NCBI GenBank assembly: GCA_963664195.1
Contig: OY760907.1
Span: forward strand, 2,880,001 to 2,944,000
Length of the DNA stretch: 64,000 nt
Direction: 5' to 3'
Source: an uncultured candidate division Zixibacteria bacterium
GTDB taxonomy: Bacteria; Zixibacteria; MSB-5A5; GN15; FEB-12
In this document: positions 47,919 through 58,442 of the stretch, piece by piece
Position numbering within the stretch: position 1 is the first letter of the stretch
Layout of the letters: each line of letters begins with the position of its first letter
Translations under genes and position numbers: made by a program
The notes under the pieces: model-generated
Seen by the model: only the letters and a program-made list of their open reading frames with translations
Told to the model about the DNA's origin: nothing
The model's database searches: none

Positions 47919-48875
47919 ATGGAACTTTTTGACCTCGTGTCACTTACCTCAGACATACCTATGAGAACCCTCATTGAGGGATTTGGGACCAACCTGGAAT
48001 TCGGTCGTCCTCTCGCTCCGTTGACCAGTTATAGGACAGGCGGACCGGCAAGATTGTTCCTGCAGGTTGAGTCTGTCGATGAAGTGGTACGAGCGGTCAC
48101 ATCCGCGAGGAGACTTGAGGTTCCGTTCTTTATTATGGGCAGCGGGACGAACCTGCTGGTATCGGACGAAGGCTACGACGGTCTGGTAATCAGAGTCGAC
48201 ATTCAGGGATTGTCCGCGCGATCCGACACCGAGCTTGAGTGCGGAGCCGGAGATCAGTTGCAGGCTCTCGTGGATTTTGCCACGGCCAGATCGTTGACCG
48301 GACTTGAGTTTGCCGCCGGTATCTGGGGGACGGTCGGAGGGGCGATCTACGGCAATGCGGGTGCCTTCGGAGGTGAGATCGGGAGCGTCGTCTCGGAGAT
48401 CACGCTTGTGGATGGTGAAGGCACGGTGAAGACCGTTCCGGCTGACTACTGCCAGTTTGCATACCGCCATTCCCGTCTGAAGGAACTGGACGAGACCATA
48501 GTGTCGGCTCGATTTGGTCTCCGACCGGGTAGTGCGGAGGAGATACAGGGGAGAGTAGACGAGATCATCCGGCAACGAGAGGGAAAGCATCCGGTCGACG
48601 GTTGTTCGGCGGGTTGCTTCTTCAAGAACATTCCTGACGAAACCCAGGAGCACGGAAAGCTTCCGGCCGGACGTCTTCTGGATGAGATCGGCGCCAAAGA
48701 AATGAGTGTCGGGGGAGCGAAAGTTTTTGAGCGCCACGCGAATATCATCGTCAATACAGGGACTGCTACCTCAAAGGATATCAGGCAGTTGGCCGATATC
48801 TTGAAAAAGAAAGTCAATGACCGCTTTGGAATAGACTTGCAGGAAGAAGTCAGACAACTTGGCAGGTTTGAGTAG
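47919..48875 (+). CDS. murB: UDP-N-acetylenolpyruvoylglucosamine reductase
   Basis: TSYRTGGPA, GSGTNLL, GLEFAAGI.GTVGGA..GNAGAFG, YRHS, SAGCFFKN, HANIIVN. Confidence 0.95.
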   Translation: MELFDLVSLTSDIPMRTLIEGFGTNLEFGRPLAPLTSYRTGGPARLFLQVESVDEVVRAVTSARRLEVPFFIMGSGTNLLVSDEGYDGLVIRVDIQGLSARSDTELECGAGDQLQALVDFATARSLTGLEFAAGIWGTVGGAIYGNAGAFGGEIGSVVSEITLVDGEGTVKTVPADYCQFAYRHSRLKELDETIVSARFGLRPGSAEEIQGRVDEIIRQREGKHPVDGCSAGCFFKNIPDETQEHGKLPAGRLLDEIGAKEMSVGGAKVFERHANIIVNTGTATSKDIRQLADILKKKVNDRFGIDLQEEVRQLGRFE

Positions 48876-48930
48876 GAGAACGCTTATAGACCCCTTTCTA
48901 ACGGAATAAAACGTAACTGCCACCGAAGAC

Positions 48931-51900
48931 TTGGTTGTGAGCGTTCTGTCAGTGAGAAAGTCCATCGCCTTTGTTGTACTGCTATTCCTTGCGGTTGTGC
49001 CAGCCTATGCCCAATCGTCAGGGATTGGATTCAAAGTAAAACTACACGATCCGCCTATTGTGGTTGCGGCATATCAAGAACGGCCCGACCGACTGTCGGC
49101 TGCAATCCTTCCGTTGTCGCACGCCTATTTTGAGCCTTTCCAGAAGTATGCTCCCAAAGTTGAATATGGGCGGGCAGAAACAAACTCGCTGACCCTTTCG
49201 ACCAATTACTACAAAGACCTGCACTTGGTGCCGGTCTCCGTGGATGCGCAGGCGTACCTTGCGCACCGGATCGAAGTGCGCAAGCAGGAGAATCGAGACA
49301 GAAACCTCGAAAGGTCTCTTAAAGAGGCCAAAGAGGGCAAGCGCAGGGAGGGGCTTTCCATCGGTGTGGCGCTGCCGAAGCGGTTCAACCAGATGTTTGG
49401 TGAGGGCGGCGCAAACCTGAGAGTCTCCGGTTACCGTCGGATTACTTTCTCCGGTAAGTCGCAGTGGAACGATGCTGCCAATTCGGGGTACACGCAGCAG
49501 AGCAAATTCCCCTCGCTGAATATGGAGCAGATATCACGGTTCGATATCACCGGCACCATCGGCACCAAGATCAGCGTCAAAGTGTCCCAGGATAATCAGA
49601 CCGATATTCCGCTGGCTAACAGAATTCTCCTGCGATACAAGGGGGATGAAGACGATGTCCTCAAGACCATCGAGGCCGGCAACACCACCCTCAACATCCC
49701 CAACACGCGGTTTGTCGGCTACTCGGCACGCATTCAGGGGCTGTTTGGTCTGAAAGCCGAGGCGCAACTTGGCAGTCTCAGGTTCATTGGTATCGCGTCG
49801 CAGGAAAAAGGTTCCTCGGAAGGGGCCAGTGTATCCGCTACCGGTGGCCAGAACGCGGATTACGTCCGTGACTATAATTATGAAGAGGGACGCATTTTTG
49901 ACCTGGGTTATAAGGGCTGGTTGAATCCCGGGGACTCGATCACTCAACTGGTTGTTTTTGAGCAGGAGACTAACGATCAGAATCTCGAGGCTCAGGAGGC
50001 GGAGTTGATGATCGATCCCAGAAATCCCCTCTATGAGCCTGTCTGGTCTGGCACTTACCGCTTCAAGCGCCTGGAACCGGATACATACGAACTACTGTAC
50101 GGTCAGGACCCGGACTACAGTCCCATTGCCCTGGTCTTCCACACCCGCAAGACGCGTAGGGCGATGGGTGTGGTTATGGAAGTAAAGCGTGAGAATGGCT
50201 CGGTCGAGAGGTTCGGTAACACTGGTGTGGACAGCACTGGAGCCTCCGCCGATACGCTTATGGCTCTGATGCCCCCCTCAACAATCTACACTCCGAATCA
50301 TCCGACCTGGCAGTTGATGTGGCGCAATGTCTACCGCATCCCGCAAGACGTTAAGGCAGAGGACATTGAGGTCAAGATATATAAGGGTCTGAAGGGGTTG
50401 GAGGGTACTTCTTCGTCGCAAGAGTTCCAGATTGTCAGCGGCAGATCTCAGGGAACCTATCTGGAAATCCTCGGTCTGGATCAATATAACAATACTTTTG
50501 ACACCCTGCTCACTCCCGACGGTCTTCTGGATGATAGACCGGAAGTATTCCGCCCCGATCTGGGGCTCCTGATCTTCCCTGCCCGGGAACCGTTCAATTC
50601 GGATACGGTGTTCGAACAGACAGGCGGTACGTATTCGCCGGTGTTGAACGAGAAGGTCGAACAAATATACAACTTCTCTTCGACGACGGAAAAACTGGAA
50701 TCCAGTGAGTATTACGTCCAGATCATCAGTCAGGGACGAAGTGCAATAGTCCGGTTGGGCCGGGCCAACATTATTGAAGGGTCGGAGCGGGTTACCGCCA
50801 ACGGCCGTGTGCTCACAAAAGGCTCGGATTATAATATTCAGTATGACTTCGGGCAGGTGACCCTTCTGTCTGATGAAGCCACGGATCCTAACGCGGACAT
50901 CCAAATAGACTTCCAATACGCACCTTTTCTCTCGCTGCAGAAGAAGACACTGCTCGGCTTGAGAACCGAGTACGACTACAGCGATGATCTCAAGCTGGGT
51001 GCCACAGTCCTCTACAAATCTGACAAGGCGCAGGACCGGAAGCCACGCGTGGGGCAGGAGACATCCAAAGCACTCGTGATGGATTTCGATGTCAGCCTCG
51101 GCCTCGATCCAAGTTTCCTTACATCGGCGGTTGACGCCCTGCCCCTCATTAACACCGAAGCTGAGTCGCAGTTTAATATAACGGCTGAGGTGGCGCAATC
51201 CCGCCCGAATCCCAACGTCGATGGCGCTGCGTATATCGACGACTTCGAGTCGGCAGTGGAGCAACTGTCGCTTGGTCTGCCGAGGACAGTATGGACACGC
51301 GCATCCATACCTGTCCCCATCGATACTATTGCCACGGAGACTTGGACGCGCGGCGAAATGCGCTGGCACAATCCGAGAGCGCTGAACAGGGAATCCATTT
51401 ATGCCGGCGAGACGGCTGCCGGCGAGGGGAGTCTCACGCCGCTTCGGTTGATTTTCAGACCGCGCCCGTTCGTGCGAGCGAAGACTCCCGAAGGCTGTGA
51501 TCCTGAGTTGGTGATGCCTTCTCGATCCTGGGGCGGTATCATGCGCAGTTTCTCTGGAATCGATGAAAAACGTGTGCAGACGTTTGAAATCCGTGCCAAG
51601 GGCGGTAGAGGTATTCTACATTTCGACTTTGGCTGGATTTCGGAAGATATCGATGGTGATGGGAGGAACGATACTGAAGATACTGTGTCAGCGAACGGCA
51701 CGCTTGACGAAGGTGAGGATGTTGGTCTGGATGGAATTGAAGATGCCGAGGAAGTTGACTACTGCGGCCAGACAGCCGCCGAGTCCGGTAATCCAGATCC
51801 TGCCGGTGACGATTGGTGGTATGAGGGAGAGGGCAAGGGACGCCCGTACGAAGGCAACGAAAACGGTGCGCCGCCAGTGCCCGAGAGCTGGTGGACTGAC

Positions 51901-54900
51901 ACCAGCCCGATGTCCAACGGGCTGACGAAGAAAGAGAACGTTGAGGGTAAACAAGACAATAACGGCAACTTCAACGACCACTGGCTTCGGTATGAATGGC
52001 AGAACGGCACCGAGGGCAACGAGCGGGAGGCCTCCAGGCAGGGCTTGCCCGATGAGGAGGCTATCGGTCCGGGACGCAGTTTCGAAAAAAACAATTCCTA
52101 TTTCAGTTTCAAGCTGCCGCTGGATCCGGCCGGGAACGAATTCGTAGTTGAGGGGTCGCAGAACCAGGACGGCTGGCTGACCTACCGTGTTCCCGTCAGG
52201 GACCCCGGTATCTTGGATTCGGTCATCGTGGACCAGGGTGTCGAGCCGGATTGGGCTAACGTAACGCACGTCAGATGCTGGTTCGAGATGGACTCAACCA
52301 TCGAGGACGGCGTAGACAGTCTTGGGAGCATAGACTCGCTGTGGATTGCTGATTGGGGTTTTATTCAATCAAGCTGGACAGATACGCTGATTCGGGTTGA
52401 CGCCTCCGATACAACAGCCAAGTTTCTGGTCGCGTCGGTCAGCGAAGAGAATGGTACATTCTCGCCACCACCGGGCGTCGAGGCGTACGAGGACAGGGTC
52501 AATAACGTTACGGAACAGCAGCGTGGTCTGGGGCTGGTTTATACTAATTTGCCGACCGATGACGAGGCAATTGCCACCAAGGATATGATCACAACAGAAT
52601 CGTATTCCGGTTACCGTCGCATGGAAATGTATGTACACGGACCTGAGGACATCGGAACCGACAGTATTCTGTTCTTCTTGAGATTTGGCAGAGACAGCGT
52701 CAATTTCTATGAATACCAGACATATCTGAAGTCTGGTTGGGACGAAGACAACTACGTAGATATCGATTTCAACGAGCTTACGGCGCTGAAGGATGCGGCC
52801 GATCTGAACCTTCAGAAGTCAAACTCAAACGAGCGACTCGACACGGTTGCTGTTCCCTATCGTGTACTGGGGCGGCCGAACATCAACGAAGTTCGCTTCT
52901 TCTCGGCTGGCGTTATCAACAAAAGCTCCCATCGTGTTACCGGTGAAGTCTGGCTGGATGAACTTCGAGTAACCGATGTGCGAAAGGATATCGGTACTGC
53001 CGCAAGAGTCGACGTGACCGGGACCATGGCGGACCTGATTTCCTACAACTTCGCTTACGAACACAAAGACCCGTATTTCCGCGGCTTGTCGCAGGCGACA
53101 CGGGGGGGATCGACCAACAACCTCGGCAGCGGAAAAGAGAACAACTCGTACTCTTACGGCGCCAGACTGAACCTCCACAAGTTTCTGCCGCCCTCATGGA
53201 AGGCAAGTCTGCCGGTATCAATTGGCTTCACCAGTACTGAGGAGATTCCTCTGCTGAGGACCAGTTCTGATGTTGTATTGCCTGACTCGGTACGTGAGAA
53301 GGAAAAAAGCACGTCGGAGAGTATGAAGCTTTCCGTTTCGGAGAAGTTCGGCAAAACGGGCAGTAACCTGCTCTTCAATGTTCTGCTGAATCGTCAGAAG
53401 GTCAGTTTCTCATACAACCGATCTACTCGGCGAAGTGTCAACAATCCGTACGTGTTTGCGGAGTCCTACAATATCCGGGCAGAATACAAGATGGGAATTG
53501 CCAGGGATGTCAGTGTGCCCATGTTCTTCTGGACCAAACCCCTGCCGATCCTGAAGAAGGCTTCAGAGTCGCGATTCTCATTCTTCCCGAAGACTTGGAA
53601 CTGGTCCGCTACGTTCGATAGATCGCTCAGGTCCAAGGATGATCAGGATTTGAAACGTACGTCGTCGTTCAGCCGAACGCTCGATGGTCAGATGAACATG
53701 ACGCACAATATCTTCCCGAACCTGATGGTGGCCTACAACTTCAACACCAAACGCGATCTGACCGACCCCGACCTGGTTAGTCTCACTCTGAGCGACCCCA
53801 AGCTTGGCGTGGAGAACAGCTACAGCCAGTCACTTCGTTCGACGTATGACCCGCAGTTGGTGTCATGGCTGTCGGGAGCGTTCTCTTACACTGCCACGTA
53901 TCAGGACACCTGGGATCGTACTTCGCGCACAAGGACCACCACGTTGAACAAGCAATGGTCGGTCAGCGGTGGTTTCCGCCACATTGACTTCCTCGGCGGC
54001 AAGCGGAAATCTGGTGGCCGTCGCAGCGCACAGCCCAGACGGGGCGGTGGTGGTCGAAGCGAGGAGGATTCGGGCAGCCCCTTTTACGAGCCGGTGCTGG
54101 CCGGAATGCGGTTCCTCACCGGTTGGATGAATCCGCTTACCTATAGTTATGGCGAGACCTTCAAGCAGAGTGCTCCGGGCGCGCAGGTGAAGCCAAACTG
54201 GAAATACCGTATGGGGTTCTCGACTGATATTGATTTCCCTATTGGCAACACGAATCGTAATCCGTCCGCAACGGAGAATGTCAACTACGAATTCGGCTCC
54301 GGGTTCAGTCTCCTCGGCGGGATAAGTACGAACGTCAGCTACAAGATGAGTACCAGCAGGGAATTGGTGAAGGTCGGTTCCGACAGGACAGAGAGTCGCT
54401 CCATCGGGTGGCCCACGCTGTCGCTTACCATTAAGAAGTTCACGTTCCTGCCGTTATTGAAAAAACCGGTCAACTGGTTCATTGGCGTGTTCTCGCCAAG
54501 AACAGGATACAGCCGTCAGGTTACGGAAACCGAGAATCTCGACCGTGGCTTCCTGAACAAGAAGAGCGAGACGATCAATCGTTCACCGATTATTCAGGTG
54601 ACCTTGAAGGTGATGCGGTCAATGTCCTTCTCAGGTTCTTTGGGAGAATCCCGCACGAATGACTGGACGTTTGACTACAGCGACGGAGCGTTACGTAATC
54701 GGTCGAAGTCTATTCGCAAAACGATAACCGTGTCCTCCAAGTACTCCTTCAGTGCGCCGGGCGGTATAAGGTTGCCTTTGTTTGGTCGGTTCAAGTTCAA
54801 GTCGCAAGTGACGTTTGACGTGAGCGTGAAGTTCAATTCCAACTACAAGGAAACACTGACACCGGGCAAGGGCTGGAGCGTCGGTACGGAGAACTCCAGT

Positions 54901-55047
54901 TTCACGGTCTCGCCGACTGTCTCCTACCTGTTCAGTCAGCAGATTCGCGGCGGCCTCTCCGGCCGGTGGCAGGATACCAAGGACGAGACGCGCAACACCA
55001 ATCGACACGCGCGCGAGATCTCAATCTGGACCGAAATCAAATTCTAG
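48931..55047 (+). CDS. sprA: T9SS outer-membrane translocon SprA (Sov)
   Basis: 2038 aa; GLFGLKAEAQLG, WQLMWRNVY, GSERVTANG...DYNIQY.FGQV, YIDDFE, WGGIMR, GEVWLDELR; long C-terminal barrel ending in Phe. Exact start codon uncertain. Confidence 0.92.
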   Translation: MVVSVLSVRKSIAFVVLLFLAVVPAYAQSSGIGFKVKLHDPPIVVAAYQERPDRLSAAILPLSHAYFEPFQKYAPKVEYGRAETNSLTLSTNYYKDLHLVPVSVDAQAYLAHRIEVRKQENRDRNLERSLKEAKEGKRREGLSIGVALPKRFNQMFGEGGANLRVSGYRRITFSGKSQWNDAANSGYTQQSKFPSLNMEQISRFDITGTIGTKISVKVSQDNQTDIPLANRILLRYKGDEDDVLKTIEAGNTTLNIPNTRFVGYSARIQGLFGLKAEAQLGSLRFIGIASQEKGSSEGASVSATGGQNADYVRDYNYEEGRIFDLGYKGWLNPGDSITQLVVFEQETNDQNLEAQEAELMIDPRNPLYEPVWSGTYRFKRLEPDTYELLYGQDPDYSPIALVFHTRKTRRAMGVVMEVKRENGSVERFGNTGVDSTGASADTLMALMPPSTIYTPNHPTWQLMWRNVYRIPQDVKAEDIEVKIYKGLKGLEGTSSSQEFQIVSGRSQGTYLEILGLDQYNNTFDTLLTPDGLLDDRPEVFRPDLGLLIFPAREPFNSDTVFEQTGGTYSPVLNEKVEQIYNFSSTTEKLESSEYYVQIISQGRSAIVRLGRANIIEGSERVTANGRVLTKGSDYNIQYDFGQVTLLSDEATDPNADIQIDFQYAPFLSLQKKTLLGLRTEYDYSDDLKLGATVLYKSDKAQDRKPRVGQETSKALVMDFDVSLGLDPSFLTSAVDALPLINTEAESQFNITAEVAQSRPNPNVDGAAYIDDFESAVEQLSLGLPRTVWTRASIPVPIDTIATETWTRGEMRWHNPRALNRESIYAGETAAGEGSLTPLRLIFRPRPFVRAKTPEGCDPELVMPSRSWGGIMRSFSGIDEKRVQTFEIRAKGGRGILHFDFGWISEDIDGDGRNDTEDTVSANGTLDEGEDVGLDGIEDAEEVDYCGQTAAESGNPDPAGDDWWYEGEGKGRPYEGNENGAPPVPESWWTDTSPMSNGLTKKENVEGKQDNNGNFNDHWLRYEWQNGTEGNEREASRQGLPDEEAIGPGRSFEKNNSYFSFKLPLDPAGNEFVVEGSQNQDGWLTYRVPVRDPGILDSVIVDQGVEPDWANVTHVRCWFEMDSTIEDGVDSLGSIDSLWIADWGFIQSSWTDTLIRVDASDTTAKFLVASVSEENGTFSPPPGVEAYEDRVNNVTEQQRGLGLVYTNLPTDDEAIATKDMITTESYSGYRRMEMYVHGPEDIGTDSILFFLRFGRDSVNFYEYQTYLKSGWDEDNYVDIDFNELTALKDAADLNLQKSNSNERLDTVAVPYRVLGRPNINEVRFFSAGVINKSSHRVTGEVWLDELRVTDVRKDIGTAARVDVTGTMADLISYNFAYEHKDPYFRGLSQATRGGSTNNLGSGKENNSYSYGARLNLHKFLPPSWKASLPVSIGFTSTEEIPLLRTSSDVVLPDSVREKEKSTSESMKLSVSEKFGKTGSNLLFNVLLNRQKVSFSYNRSTRRSVNNPYVFAESYNIRAEYKMGIARDVSVPMFFWTKPLPILKKASESRFSFFPKTWNWSATFDRSLRSKDDQDLKRTSSFSRTLDGQMNMTHNIFPNLMVAYNFNTKRDLTDPDLVSLTLSDPKLGVENSYSQSLRSTYDPQLVSWLSGAFSYTATYQDTWDRTSRTRTTTLNKQWSVSGGFRHIDFLGGKRKSGGRRSAQPRRGGGGRSEEDSGSPFYEPVLAGMRFLTGWMNPLTYSYGETFKQSAPGAQVKPNWKYRMGFSTDIDFPIGNTNRNPSATENVNYEFGSGFSLLGGISTNVSYKMSTSRELVKVGSDRTESRSIGWPTLSLTIKKFTFLPLLKKPVNWFIGVFSPRTGYSRQVTETENLDRGFLNKKSETINRSPIIQVTLKVMRSMSFSGSLGESRTNDWTFDYSDGALRNRSKSIRKTITVSSKYSFSAPGGIRLPLFGRFKFKSQVTFDVSVKFNSNYKETLTPGKGWSVGTENSSFTVSPTVSYLFSQQIRGGLSGRWQDTKDETRNTNRHAREISIWTEIKF

Positions 55048-55057
55048 CATCTTTTGT

Positions 55058-55118
55058 TTGACTTGCTCTCCCACAGGGATCAAATTGCTGGTCGGGTCGA
55101 CGAGTAGTCGGCCCGGCC
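55058..55118 (+). promoter_or_regulatory. Putative selAB promoter followed by a 12-bp leader hairpin
   Basis: TTGACT-17 nt-CAAATT (55058-55086); hairpin GGTCGGGTCGAC-GAGTA-GTCGGCCCGGCC (55090-55118). Confidence 0.5.
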
Positions 55119-55138
55119 GCTTTCGCTGATCGATAACC

Positions 55139-56533
55139 TTGACTACACAGGTGCCTATGGCTCAGGATCAGATTACCACACCAAGAGATTTCCCTGCGGT
55201 GGAGGAGCTTCTTCAATCAAAAGAGCTTGAGCGGGAACTCCTGGCCGCTCCGCGACCGGAAGTGGCACAGGTTGTCAAGGATACGGTAGCGGCACTCAGG
55301 GAGAAGCTGGTACGGGAGGGCAAACCGCTTCCTCTCGCTAAGCTCTTCGATACTGTCCGAAGGGAGGTGCGTCGAAGAAGCAGGCGGAAGATATCTCGTG
55401 TCATAAACGCTACAGGTATTGTAGTGCATACTAATCTCGGCAGAGCGCCGTTGTCGGACGAGTTATTCGAGACTATCAAGCAAACGGTCACCGGCTACGG
55501 TAACATTGAATTCAACGTTGCCACAGGCAAGCGGGGTAAGCGGGGCGAAGCTGCCGAGGAATACCTGGCGATGCTCTCGGGCGCTGAGGCAGGCACGGTA
55601 GTCAACAACTGTGCGGCCGCTCTGTTTGTAATCCTGAACACACTGGCCAGCCGGACGAAGGTGCTGATCTCACGGGGCGAACTGGTGCAGATCGGCGGGG
55701 GGTTCCGTATCCCTGACATTCTGAAACGATCCGGCGCAAAACTCTGTGAGGTCGGCTCGACAAACATTACTAATCTTGCTGATTACGAAAGCGCTATCGA
55801 TGACAAGACGGGGTTGATCCTCAAGGTACATAAGAGCAATTTCGTTCAGGCGGGATTCACCGAGGAGGTTCCCCTCAAGAAATTGGTGGAGCTTGGTCGC
55901 AAGTATGCCGTGCCGGTACTGAATGATCTCGGCAGCGGAACGTTCGTGCAGACGCGGGGGATGATTGGTTACGACGAACCAACCGTGCAGGATTCGGTTC
56001 GTGCAGGGGCGTCGTTGACCTGTTTCTCCGGGGACAAGCTGCTGGGTGGGGGACAGGCCGGACTCATAGTCGGACAGGCCAACCTGGTAAGGAAAGTCAA
56101 AAAGAACCCGATCTTCAGGGCGGTGCGCGTAGATAAGATCGTTTTTTCGATGCTTGAGAAACTGCTTTCGATCTACCTGAACGGAACGTACGAAAACGAT
56201 ATCAAACTCTGGCATATCATGTCAGAACCGGTTAGCGTGTTGCGAGATCGCGCTGAGAAGATTCTCACCGATCTGGGAAGACCTTCCGGGATTTCAGTAG
56301 GGGAAACTGCCGGTCTTGTCGGGGGCGGATCACTGCCCGAGCAATCAATTGCCTCGGCCGGACTTGTGTTCTCGGAGGAATACGATGCGGTGAAACTCAA
56401 CAACTCGCTTCGGGCCCTCGACCTGCCGGTGATTGGCAGGATAGACGATGATCGGTTCATTCTCGACCTGAAAGCGGTCGATGAATCGGACATCCCCTTG
56501 CTGACAGAGTCAATCACAGCAGTGTTGCCATAG
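55139..56533 (+). CDS. selA: L-seryl-tRNA(Sec) selenium transferase
   Basis: [50 protein letters not shown] (PLP Lys), VGGGSLP; start may be ATG 55157. Confidence 0.96.
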   Translation: MTTQVPMAQDQITTPRDFPAVEELLQSKELERELLAAPRPEVAQVVKDTVAALREKLVREGKPLPLAKLFDTVRREVRRRSRRKISRVINATGIVVHTNLGRAPLSDELFETIKQTVTGYGNIEFNVATGKRGKRGEAAEEYLAMLSGAEAGTVVNNCAAALFVILNTLASRTKVLISRGELVQIGGGFRIPDILKRSGAKLCEVGSTNITNLADYESAIDDKTGLILKVHKSNFVQAGFTEEVPLKKLVELGRKYAVPVLNDLGSGTFVQTRGMIGYDEPTVQDSVRAGASLTCFSGDKLLGGGQAGLIVGQANLVRKVKKNPIFRAVRVDKIVFSMLEKLLSIYLNGTYENDIKLWHIMSEPVSVLRDRAEKILTDLGRPSGISVGETAGLVGGGSLPEQSIASAGLVFSEEYDAVKLNNSLRALDLPVIGRIDDDRFILDLKAVDESDIPLLTESITAVLP

Positions 56534-56552
56534 CGAACTCAACGAGACCAGC

Positions 56553-58442
56553 ATGATTGTCATTGGAACCGCAGGACATATCGACCACGGCAAATCGGCC
56601 ATTGTCAAGCGGCTGACCGGTACCGATCCGGACCGTCTGCCGGAAGAGAAGTCGCGCGGCATGACAATCGATCTCGGGTTTGCGTTTTACAGCGCGTCTG
56701 GCGGAGGCAGTATCGCGCTGGTCGACGTGCCGGGGCATGAACGGTTCGTGCGCAATATGATTGCCGGGGCAGGCGGTATCGATGCCGTTATGCTGGTGAT
56801 TGCCGCCGACGACGGCTGGATGCCACAGAGCGAGGAGCACTTCCAGATTACGAGACTGCTTGGCGTTCGTCACGGACTGATCGTTATCAACAAGACCGAC
56901 CTTGTGGAACCGGATTGGCTCGAACTCCTCGAACAGGATGTAAGAGACCGGGTGCAGGGTTCGTTCCTGCAGGATGCCCCGATATTCAAAGTTTCCGCTC
57001 AGACCGGCGACGGATTCGAAGCTCTGTCGGCACATCTTGATCTACTGGGGACGCAACTCGAGGCCAGACGAGACTTTGGCAAGGCGCGGTTGTATGTAGA
57101 CCGCTCGTTCATTCGACAGGGGATTGGCGGTGTGGTCACCGGGACCCTGCGTGGCGGAAGTTTCAAGGTCGGCCAGACAGTATCTGTGTGGCCGTCCTGC
57201 AAAAAGGGGAAAATCCGTACGCTGCAATCCAACGGTGTCGATGTCGGGCAGGCCACGCCCGGCCAACGTACGGCTGTCTCGCTGACGAGTGTCGACCGGG
57301 AGTTTCTCATTCGTGGCGGAGTGATCTCTGACAGACTTGATCTTGACTATTTCAACCGGCATCCGGTTCTGGCTGTATCGACTGAGATGCTGCACAACGC
57401 ACCCTTTCCGCTGATGGACCGTCGTCGCGCTCTGTTTATAGTCGGGACCACCGAGGTCGAGGGAGAGATTCGGCTGATGGGGCAGAAAGCGATTGGTCCG
57501 TCCGAGAGCGGCATTGCTTTTTTCAAGCCCGACAATCCGGTGTACGCTCTGGTTGGAGATCGTTTCATCCTCAGGCTGCCGACACCGATGGTCTCGCTCG
57601 GCGGTGGCAGCGTGCTTGATCACCTGGCGCATTTCCCGCGCCGCAAACAGATGGACCAGTTCTCGTATCTCGAGGAGCGCGTAGGAAACGACCTGAAACC
57701 GCTGGCCATCTCAGAGCTGCGGAAAAGACTCATCGTGCCTGAAACCGAATTGCTGCGAGACGCCGATTTTGGCTCGGCAGAGATCCGTGCCACGGTCGAA
57801 GAGTTGACCGGCAACAGTACTGTGGGTTGCCTTCAGAGTCATTTGTTTCTGATCCAGCAGCTAACAGAGACCGTGGACGCCCTTCAGGTGGCAATGGAAG
57901 AGCACCTGCAAGAAAACCCGCATCTGAAAGGTTTGCCTGTTGAGACACTTGCCAAATTCGTTGCTATGGGCCGGCCGGTTATGACGCTGGTACTGGAATA
58001 TATGATCGAAAAGGGAATACTGGCCCGGACCGCCGATCTGTACAATTTGGCGGGGCGAGGAATGAGCCTGAAGGGGGTCATCAAACAGGCTCACGACGAG
58101 ATCATGGCGGAACTTGAAGCTCACCCGTATGATCCGCCGCTGCTGGCCAGTTTGGCGGCGAAGGGCAAAATACATCAGAATGCGATCAAGTACACAATCG
58201 ATTCCGGCGAGTGCTACAAGTGTGGCTCCAACTTCCTCTTTCTGTCCAGCGTCTGGAAGGAAATAGTCGACTTTGTTCGTGAGCGGCTTGATGCCGATGG
58301 CGAGATGGCGGTCGCGGACCTGAAGGACCGTTTCGGGTTCACTCGCAAATATACGATTCCAATTCTGGAAGAGACCGACAGAAAGGGTCTGACCGAACGT
58401 CAGGGTGACTTCAGAGTCAAAGGAGACAAGTATGAAGGCTAA
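56553..58442 (+). CDS. selB: Selenocysteine-specific elongation factor
   Basis: [41 protein letters not shown]-terminal SECIS-binding winged helix [18 protein letters not shown]. Confidence 0.96.
   Translation: MIVIGTAGHIDHGKSAIVKRLTGTDPDRLPEEKSRGMTIDLGFAFYSASGGGSIALVDVPGHERFVRNMIAGAGGIDAVMLVIAADDGWMPQSEEHFQITRLLGVRHGLIVINKTDLVEPDWLELLEQDVRDRVQGSFLQDAPIFKVSAQTGDGFEALSAHLDLLGTQLEARRDFGKARLYVDRSFIRQGIGGVVTGTLRGGSFKVGQTVSVWPSCKKGKIRTLQSNGVDVGQATPGQRTAVSLTSVDREFLIRGGVISDRLDLDYFNRHPVLAVSTEMLHNAPFPLMDRRRALFIVGTTEVEGEIRLMGQKAIGPSESGIAFFKPDNPVYALVGDRFILRLPTPMVSLGGGSVLDHLAHFPRRKQMDQFSYLEERVGNDLKPLAISELRKRLIVPETELLRDADFGSAEIRATVEELTGNSTVGCLQSHLFLIQQLTETVDALQVAMEEHLQENPHLKGLPVETLAKFVAMGRPVMTLVLEYMIEKGILARTADLYNLAGRGMSLKGVIKQAHDEIMAELEAHPYDPPLLASLAAKGKIHQNAIKYTIDSGECYKCGSNFLFLSSVWKEIVDFVRERLDADGEMAVADLKDRFGFTRKYTIPILEETDRKGLTERQGDFRVKGDKYEG

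Noticed and set aside
50278..51369. 363-aa antisense ORF, and similar ones at 6508-7413, 28705-29541 and 47949-48737
   Set aside because: Lie almost entirely opposite well-conserved genes, have no motifs, and are expected from codon bias.
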